DNA from: Candidatus Krumholzibacteriia bacterium
Lineage (GTDB): Bacteria; Krumholzibacteriota; Krumholzibacteriia; LZORAL124-64-63
Reading direction: 5' to 3'
Assembly: GCA_046484865.1 (NCBI GenBank)
Contig: JAWOID010000046.1
Coordinates: 1-55,905, forward strand
Length of the DNA: 55,905 bases
Shown: one piece after another, positions 49,819-55,905 of the stretch
Numbering within the stretch: the first letter of the stretch is position 1
How the letters are laid out: each line of letters starts with the position of its first letter
The notes under the pieces: model-generated
What the model saw: the letters and a program-made list of their open reading frames with translations, nothing else
Database searches by the model: none
What the model was told of the DNA's origin: nothing
Position numbers and translations under genes: made by a program

Positions 49819-52128
49819 TCAGCCGCCTGCCGCATCGCGGCTCGACAGCGCGCTCCGGTCGCCGGCCGCGGCCCGTTCCAGCAACCAGGCGGCGCCGCGC
49901 CGGGCCGTGCCGCCGCTCTCCACCGCGGCGCCCACGCAGGACGGACAGCCCCGTTCGCAGCCGCAGGCGGCCAGGTGCTCGCGGGCGGCGGCACGGATCT
50001 CATCGAACTGCTGGTAGATGCGTCGCGCGAAGCCCACGCCGCCGGGAAAGGCATCGTAGAGGTAGAGCGTGGGCCGCTCGGTGAAGGGGGAACGCACCAT
50101 GGCCTGGGCGCGCAGATCCGACACGTCCGCCATGATGAAGACCGGCGCCACGGTCCCGAGCAGGTGGGCCAGGCCCTTGAGCGCGTCGCCGAGGTCGAGC
50201 CCCGCCCGCTGCATCTCCAGGTGCAGTTCCTCGGGTAGCTCCCACCAGAAGCTCGTGGTGTGCATCTCCATCTCCGGCAGGTGCACGCGCCCGGCGCCCA
50301 CGTTCTCGTGGGTGCCCAGCTTGATCTTCTTGAAGACCGTCACCTTCGACACCAGGCCGATCTCTCCCACCGCCGCCGACCCGAGCGCCTCGGGACGACG
50401 CTCCTCGGCGGTGAGGGTCTTCAACTCGCTCTTGCGCTGCGCGTCGGTGTAGTGATCGACCTTCACCGGCTGCACGTAGGCCTTGCGCCGCTCCCAGTCG
50501 AGGCGATCGACGTGGTACTGCTGGCCGCCGTGGATGTAGATGGCCTCGTCGTGAAGCATCTCCTGGGCGCTGAACAGATCCATCTCGCCGATGATGCGCC
50601 CACCGGGCACCGACGCGTCCACGATCACCACGTTGTCGGGCGCGGCGCTGCGCAGGCTCACGTCCTCCGCGGGATACGTGTCGGTCATCCAGTGGTAACG
50701 GCCGTCGCCGTGGTGCAGCACGCGCTGGTCCACCAGGTAGTCGAGGATCTCGTTCACCCGCCGGCCGCCGTAGCGCTCGTCGTCCAGGAAGGGAAGCTCG
50801 AACGCCGCGCACTTCAGGTGGCTCATCAGGATGACGAGGTTGTCCGGATCGACGGTGGCGTGCTCGGGCGAGCGCCCGAGGAAGTAGTCCGGATGATTGA
50901 TGATGTACTGATCGGCCGGGCTGCTGGTGGCCACCAGGACGACGGCGCTGAGGTTCTGCCGTCTGCCGGCGCGCCCGGCCTGCTGCCAGGTGCTGGCGAT
51001 CGAGCCCGCGTAGCCGGACATGATGCACACGTCGAGCCGGCCGATGTCGATGCCCAGCTCGAGCGCGTTGGTCGAGACCACCGCGCGCACGCTGCCGTCG
51101 CGCAGACCGCGCTCGATGGCGCGACGCTCGGTCGGCAGGTAGCCGCCGCGGTAGCCACGCACCTCCCCGTGCCTGATCCCCACCCGCCGGCCCGACTTCT
51201 CGAGATAGGTGAGCAGCAGTTCCACGCGCATGCGGCTGCGCGCGAAGACGATCAGCTGCGCCCGCGCCGCCAGGAAACGTTCGGCGATGGCGCGGGTCTC
51301 CTTCACGGCGGAGCGGCGGATCCCCAGTTCCCGGTTGACCACCGGCGGATTGTAGAAGATGAAGTGCTTCTCGCCGCGGGGAGCGCCGTTGTCGGCGATC
51401 TCCGCCACCGGCTCCCCCATCACCGTGCCGGCCAGTTCCGCCGGGTTGGCGATGGTGGCGGAGCACGCGATGAACTGCGGGTTCGCCCCGTAGAAGCTCG
51501 CGATGCGCCTCAGCCGCCGCAGCACGTTGGCCACGTGGCTGCCGAAGACGCCGCGGTAGTGATGAACCTCGTCCACGACCACGTAGCGCAGGTTCTCGAA
51601 CAGCTTCACCCAGAGCGTGTGGTGCGGCAGGATACCCTGGTGCAGCATGTCCGGATTGGTCACCACGATGTGCCCGCTGCTGCGGATGGCGCGGCGTGCG
51701 GTCTCCGGGGTGTCACCGTCGAAGGTGTGGACCTTGATGTCGGCACCCAGCATGCCCACCAGCTCGTGCGCCTCGTGCATCTGGTCCTGGCTGAGGGCCT
51801 TGGTCGGGAAGAGATACAGCGCCCTGGCCTGCGGTTCACGCAGCAGCGTGTGCAGCACGGGCAGGTTGTAGCAGAGGGTCTTCCCCGATGCGGTCGGGGT
51901 CGGCACCACGAAGGACCGACCGGCCAGGGCGAGACGCACCGCCTCCGCCTGGTGCGTGTACAGGCGCTCGATCCCGCGCTGCGCCAGCGCCCGCCGCAGG
52001 CGATCGTCCAGACCGTCCGGGAAGTCGGCATGGCGCGCGGGCCGTGGCGGGATCACCTCCCAGCGGGTCACGTTGCGCCGGAAAGCCTCGTCGCTGCGAA
52101 GACTGTCCAGCAGCTGCGCCAGGTTCAC
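49819..52128 (-). CDS. Hrq1/SftH/MrfA-like DEAH helicase with DUF1998
   Basis: TPTASGKT, PTKALSQDQ, DEVHHY, SATIANP, QQAGRAGRR, CGCERGCPSC. Confidence 0.93.
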   Translation of the reverse strand: MNLAQLLDSLRSDEAFRRNVTRWEVIPPRPARHADFPDGLDDRLRRALAQRGIERLYTHQAEAVRLALAGRSFVVPTPTASGKTLCYNLPVLHTLLREPQARALYLFPTKALSQDQMHEAHELVGMLGADIKVHTFDGDTPETARRAIRSSGHIVVTNPDMLHQGILPHHTLWVKLFENLRYVVVDEVHHYRGVFGSHVANVLRRLRRIASFYGANPQFIACSATIANPAELAGTVMGEPVAEIADNGAPRGEKHFIFYNPPVVNRELGIRRSAVKETRAIAERFLAARAQLIVFARSRMRVELLLTYLEKSGRRVGIRHGEVRGYRGGYLPTERRAIERGLRDGSVRAVVSTNALELGIDIGRLDVCIMSGYAGSIASTWQQAGRAGRRQNLSAVVLVATSSPADQYIINHPDYFLGRSPEHATVDPDNLVILMSHLKCAAFELPFLDDERYGGRRVNEILDYLVDQRVLHHGDGRYHWMTDTYPAEDVSLRSAAPDNVVIVDASVPGGRIIGEMDLFSAQEMLHDEAIYIHGGQQYHVDRLDWERRKAYVQPVKVDHYTDAQRKSELKTLTAEERRPEALGSAAVGEIGLVSKVTVFKKIKLGTHENVGAGRVHLPEMEMHTTSFWWELPEELHLEMQRAGLDLGDALKGLAHLLGTVAPVFIMADVSDLRAQAMVRSPFTERPTLYLYDAFPGGVGFARRIYQQFDEIRAAAREHLAACGCERGCPSCVGAAVESGGTARRGAAWLLERAAAGDRSALSSRDAAGG

Positions 52129-52250
52129 GGGGTCACCTCCGGTGCAGGCGGCGCGGGTGCGGGAGAGCGGTGGACGGCCGGTGGACGGACTCCGGCGCCG
52201 GGCGCGCCGGGCGCGGCGGGCGTGGCGGACACAGCGGAGGATCGCCGAGA

Positions 52251-52586
52251 TCAGGGACCCTGCGCGTCCCGACGCTCGCCGCCCTCACGCGGGCGCTCAC
52301 CGGCCGCCCGGTCGTCGCCGCGGTCCGGGCGAGGTGCGGGCTCGCGGTCGCGCTCGCGCCGCCGCTCGTGCTCGTCCGTGTCCAGGTCGCGGCGGGCCTC
52401 GTCGAGTTCGCGGCGGACCTCGTCCGACGCGTCCCGGGTGGCGGAGCGGAACTTCTTGATCGACTTGCCCATCGACTCGGCGATGTCCGGCAACCGCTTG
52501 GGGCCGAACACCAGCAGGACGATGACGAGAATGATCAGGAGCTCCTGCCAGCCAACGCCCCCGATGATGGCGAGCAGCGGTGTCAT
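52251..52586 (-). CDS. tatA: Twin-arginine translocase TatA/E subunit
   Basis: ELLIILVIVLLVFGPKRLPDIAESMGKSIKKFR. Confidence 0.92.
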   Translation of the reverse strand: MTPLLAIIGGVGWQELLIILVIVLLVFGPKRLPDIAESMGKSIKKFRSATRDASDEVRRELDEARRDLDTDEHERRRERDREPAPRPDRGDDRAAGERPREGGERRDAQGP

Positions 52587-52604
52587 GGAACCACTCCCAC
52601 GGGA

Positions 52605-52868
52605 TCAGCGATACCAGCGCAGCAACTGCGATGCCACGAAGACGCCGATCACGCTCATGAGATTGAATTTCACCTGGAATCCGAAGGTCACCTGCAGGAT
52701 GACCAGGTTCCACGTGTTGACCGCCGGGCCGAACGTGACGTGCTCCACGAAGAGCTGATGCGCCACGCTCCCCTCGGCGAGGAACAGGCCGATGAGCTCG
52801 CTGAGCAGCGCTCCGATGAGAACCCCCAGAAACAGGATCAGCGTCACCGTTCCGAGCGACTTGCGCAT
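52605..52868 (-). CDS. DUF4321-like small membrane protein
   Basis: ILFLGVLIGALLSELIG...LVILQVTFGFQVKFNLMSVIG; GGAAGG RBS. Confidence 0.75.
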   Translation of the reverse strand: MRKSLGTVTLILFLGVLIGALLSELIGLFLAEGSVAHQLFVEHVTFGPAVNTWNLVILQVTFGFQVKFNLMSVIGVFVASQLLRWYR

Positions 52869-52998
52869 GCCTTCCTTCCCGGCGCCCCGGTCCGCGGCGC
52901 ATCGCCGCCGGACGCGCCGCCGGCGTGGGGCAATAATAGGGGCGCGGCCCCGGGGGAACCAGGGAATATTCGGGCTGGATCCGTGGCCGGTCGCCGCC

Positions 52999-53514
52999 TC
53001 ACCGGAGGCCCGGCAGCGGGGCGGCCGCCAGCCCCGGAACGCGCTCGTGGTCAGCTCCCAGCACCAGGACCGCGTCCTCATCGGTCCGCGCATCCCACTC
53101 GCACAGCAGGGGAACCCCGCCCAGGCGCGCCGCGAGCCGCTCGGCGCGGCGCTGCGGAAGCCGGCGGTTGATCAGCAGCGTGCGCCGGTAGCGCGGATGG
53201 GGCGCGTCCCCGACCCCGTCCACCACGCACCCCAGGGCGGTCAGGGCCGCACCGGTGCGAGCCGCCAGACCGTCCTCCGGTGTCCCGTTGACGACCAGCA
53301 GGTGGATCGGCAGCGCGTCCTCCTCGGCATCGGCCGCCGGATCGACCGCACCGGGCGCCGTCCCTTCGCGCCAGGTGGCCGGCACCCCGGAGAGGGCGGC
53401 GGGCACGGGTGCGGCAGCGTCGGCGGCACCCCGGTCGAGTCCCTTCCGGCCGCACCAGATGGAGACGGCCGCGAGCACGACGGCGGCCAGCAACCAGGCG
53501 TTGCGGCCGGTCAT
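52999..53514 (-). CDS. LytR C-terminal domain protein
   Basis: N-terminal TM; VVNGTPEDGLA...VGDA...VLVLGAD. Confidence 0.8.
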   Translation of the reverse strand: MTGRNAWLLAAVVLAAVSIWCGRKGLDRGAADAAAPVPAALSGVPATWREGTAPGAVDPAADAEEDALPIHLLVVNGTPEDGLAARTGAALTALGCVVDGVGDAPHPRYRRTLLINRRLPQRRAERLAARLGGVPLLCEWDARTDEDAVLVLGADHERVPGLAAAPLPGLR

Positions 53515-54038
53515 CGGCGGTGGTCCCGATCACCCCCGGGGGCATCGGGTTCCTGCGCCATTCCGGCGAAGTGCGGCAGCAGTTGCTCGTAGGTCTCGCG
53601 CAACGTCTGGGGCATGACCCGGGTCCGGCCCACGGTGGTCATGAAGTTGGTATCGCCGCCCCAGCGCGGCAGCATGTGCACGTGCAGATGCTCGGGAATG
53701 CCTGCTCCGGCGCTGCTGCCGCCGTTGTAGCCGCAGTTGATCCCATGAGGATCCATGGCCCGGCGCAGGACACTCTCCATGATCCACAGCAGTCGCCCCA
53801 TCTCCTCCAGCTCGTCCGGTTCGCAGGCGGTGAGTGCGGGTGCGTGCCGGTTGAGGACGAGCAGCAGGTGGCCGTTGTTGTAGGGGTAGAGGTTCATGAT
53901 CACGTACCAGTGACATCCGCGGTGCAGGACCAGCTGTTCCTGGTCGTCCCCCTGCACCCGGTTGCAGAACACGCAACCCTCCTCGTGGATCTTTCCGGTC
54001 ACGTATGGGAACCTCCACGGCGTGTAGAGCCGGTCCAC
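53511..54038 (-). CDS. HIT family protein (Ap4A hydrolase/phosphorylase-like)
   Basis: LYTPWR, CVFC, NLYPYNNGH, AGAGIPEHLHVHMLPRWGGDTNF. Confidence 0.9.
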   Translation of the reverse strand: MDRLYTPWRFPYVTGKIHEEGCVFCNRVQGDDQEQLVLHRGCHWYVIMNLYPYNNGHLLLVLNRHAPALTACEPDELEEMGRLLWIMESVLRRAMDPHGINCGYNGGSSAGAGIPEHLHVHMLPRWGGDTNFMTTVGRTRVMPQTLRETYEQLLPHFAGMAQEPDAPGGDRDHRR

Positions 54039-54065
54039 GTCGCTCCTCTCCGTGCGCGCCCGCCG

Positions 54066-54848
54066 TCAGGCCGGCCCACGTCGGTTCAAGATGTCCTCCG
54101 CCGCCGCCAGTTCGTCCACGGTGTTGATCCCGACCGCCTCGTCGGGGTCGTCGGTCGCCACGGCGCCCACCGTCAGGCCACGCTGCACCAGATATGCCAC
54201 CGTGTCGGTGAGATAGTACTCCTGCTGGTCGTTGTCGGTGGTCAGGTGCGCCAGGGCCTCCCGCAGCGCGTCGGTCCGGTAGCAGAAGACGCCGGTGTTG
54301 TACTCGCCGATGAGCAGCTCCGCGGGGGTGGCATCGCGAGCCTCGACGATGCGCTGCACGCGCCCGGCGCCGTCCTTGACGATGCGCCCGTAGCGATCGG
54401 CGTCTTCGACCACGCAGGTGAGCACCACCGCAGCATCCTGGCCGGCGACGGCGGCGTCCACCAGCCGGCGCACGGTGGCCGACCGCAGCAGCGGCACGTC
54501 GCCGGCCAGCACCAGCGTGTAGCCGCCCTCGCGCAGGTGCGGCTCCGCCTGCATCACGGCGTGCCCCGTCCCGAGTTGCGGCTCCTGGACCACGAACACC
54601 AGGTCGTCGCCCGGACAGGCGGCCTGCACCCGGTCGGCCTGGTGCCCCACCACCATCACGGTGCGATCGATCGCCGCGCTCCGCACCACGTCCAGGACGT
54701 GGTGCACGAGGGGCCGGCCCGCCAGCGGATGCAGGACCTTGGCCAGATCCGACTTCATGCGCGTGCCCTTGCCCGCAGCCAGCACCACCGCGTCCACGAT
54801 CGCCGGCCTCGTCGCGTCGTGCGAGCCGTCGTTCCCGAAGTCATTCAT
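54066..54848 (-). CDS. glmU: GlmU N-terminal uridyltransferase only (no acetyltransferase beta-helix)
   Basis: LAAGKGTRMKS, QLGTGHAV, GDVPLL, YGRIV, EYYLTD, GIN...EL; stop follows immediately. Confidence 0.85.
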   Translation of the reverse strand: MNDFGNDGSHDATRPAIVDAVVLAAGKGTRMKSDLAKVLHPLAGRPLVHHVLDVVRSAAIDRTVMVVGHQADRVQAACPGDDLVFVVQEPQLGTGHAVMQAEPHLREGGYTLVLAGDVPLLRSATVRRLVDAAVAGQDAAVVLTCVVEDADRYGRIVKDGAGRVQRIVEARDATPAELLIGEYNTGVFCYRTDALREALAHLTTDNDQQEYYLTDTVAYLVQRGLTVGAVATDDPDEAVGINTVDELAAAEDILNRRGPA

Positions 54849-55726
54849 CGCGTCGCATCTCCCAGCAGGTCGGTCTCGCGGACACCGTCGTCGCCGACCG
54901 CGAGGACGAGATTGTCGATCAGGCGCGCCTTGCCCACCCGGGCCGCCACGGCGAGCAGGAGCCGGCCCTCGGCGCGCTCCGGCTCGTTGAGATCCGGCAC
55001 GCGGCGTACCTCGGCGTAGTCCACGCCGTCGGCCGCGGCCAGTTCCGCGCGCATGGTCGCCGCCACCGCGACCGGGCTCCGCTCGCCCTCGCGCAGCCGC
55101 TCCGCGCCGGCCTGCAGCGCACGCCAGAGGCAGAGAGCACGTACGCGCTCGGGAGCGCCGAGGTAGCGATTGCGCGACGACAGCGCCAGGCCGTCGTCCT
55201 CCCGCACGGTGGGATGGTCCTCGAGCGTCACGGTCATGCCGAGATCCTCCACCATCTCGGCGATCACCAGGCACTGCTGGGCGTCCTTGCGTCCGAACAC
55301 CGCCACGTCGGGCCGAACCAGGTTGAAGAGCTTGGCGACGGCCGTCAGCACCCCGGCGAAGTGGCCCGGCCGGCGCGCACCGCAGAGGGGCGCCCCGCGG
55401 GGACCCGGTTCCACGCGCACGCCGCCGTCGCGTGGTGACATGTCGCGCACTCCGGGCGCGAACACCGCCGCCGTGCCGAGCGGCTCCAGGAGAGCCAGAT
55501 CCCGCTCGAGGTCGCGGGGGTAGCCGGCGTAGTCCTCCCCCGGACCGAACTGCGACGGGTTGACGAAGATGGAGACCACGGCCGTCCCCAGGGCGGCCGC
55601 CCGGCGCACCAGCGCCGCGTGCCCATCGTGCAGCGCACCCATCGTGGGCACGAGCACCAGCGGCCGCTCGTCGTGCCGCCAGGGGTCGAGTCGGCGCAGG
55701 TCCGCGCGCGTGCGCAGGATCTCCAC
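54845..55726 (-). CDS. panC: Pantoate--beta-alanine ligase
   Basis: VPTMGALHDGH, FVNPSQF, RPGHFAGV, KDAQQ, LALSSRN, RLIDN. Confidence 0.96.
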   Translation of the reverse strand: MEILRTRADLRRLDPWRHDERPLVLVPTMGALHDGHAALVRRAAALGTAVVSIFVNPSQFGPGEDYAGYPRDLERDLALLEPLGTAAVFAPGVRDMSPRDGGVRVEPGPRGAPLCGARRPGHFAGVLTAVAKLFNLVRPDVAVFGRKDAQQCLVIAEMVEDLGMTVTLEDHPTVREDDGLALSSRNRYLGAPERVRALCLWRALQAGAERLREGERSPVAVAATMRAELAAADGVDYAEVRRVPDLNEPERAEGRLLLAVAARVGKARLIDNLVLAVGDDGVRETDLLGDATR

Positions 55727-55730
55727 GGCC

Positions 55731-55826
55731 TCAGGCCTCCTCCGGCGCCGCACCCTCGCGTACCGCTCTCGCCGCCGCCGGCCCGTCCGTGTAGCAATGC
55801 TCGCCGGCGGGGAACCGGCCCTCGCG
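55731..55826 (-). pseudogene. panB: 3' fragment of ketopantoate hydroxymethyltransferase
   Basis: Manual translation REGRFPAGEHCY...EEA* resembles the PanB C-terminus (GxFP...H.F/Y) and sits directly upstream of panC; similarity ends at about 55827. Confidence 0.6.
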
Positions 55827-55829
55827 GGG

Positions 55830-55905
55830 ACACCGATCCAGCAACAGGCCATTCCGGTTTTGCTGGCGGGACGCGACGTGCTGGGGTGCGCCCAGACGGG
55901 GACCG
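55830..55905 (+). other. Internal fragment of a DEAD-box RNA helicase
   Basis: Manual translation TPIQQQAIPVLLAGRDVLGCAQTGT: end of the Q motif and start of motif I; the normal N-terminus is absent. Confidence 0.75.

Noticed and set aside
48452..52128. Helicase + nuclease as an anti-phage system (DISARM/Druantia-type DUF1998)
   Set aside because: No methylase or other defence partners; housekeeping context and the YprB-type partner fit MrfAB repair

Overview
Very GC-rich bacterial chromosomal segment with about 50 genes, nearly all on the minus strand and often translationally coupled by (A/G)TGA overlaps. A gingipain-like C25 protein with a C-terminal FlgD-Ig/PNPFNP sorting domain, LPS heptose genes and a stand-alone GlmU N-half suggest a diderm FCB-group organism, possibly Ca. 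Krumholzibacteriota/Latescibacterota-like (inference). Left to right: a partial Zn-ribbon/HTH transposase-like ORF missing from the ORF track; accB, efp and a TPR gene; an uncharacterised 7-gene coupled unit (small helical protein, GlmL-like ASKHA ATPase, barrel-sandwich/KOW protein, DUF6754-like protein, three membrane proteins) with no glutamate mutase genes; acyl-CoA dehydrogenase, PhzF-like and acpS; an LPS-core/glycan block (phosphoglycosyl transferase, GT39, DUF3108, four GT9, gmhB) directly downstream of lexA-hsp20-lon; pfkB and HIT; a candidate histone-like nucleoid protein; a metzincin lipoprotein, an orphan peptide-binding protein and the C25 protease; a glycan locus (deacetylase-like, methyltransferase, WecA, O-antigen ligase) downstream of a ParA-CBM48 fusion with 10-bp repeats in its leader; DUF212; glnA and surA/ppiD, divergent around a 30-bp inverted repeat; MrfAB-like repair genes; tatA, DUF4321, LytR_C, HIT, glmU N-half and panC; and a panB/DEAD-box helicase junction at the right edge that is probably chimeric. 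Family names are by motif recognition only; no database search was run. No rRNA, tRNA or CRISPR array was seen.
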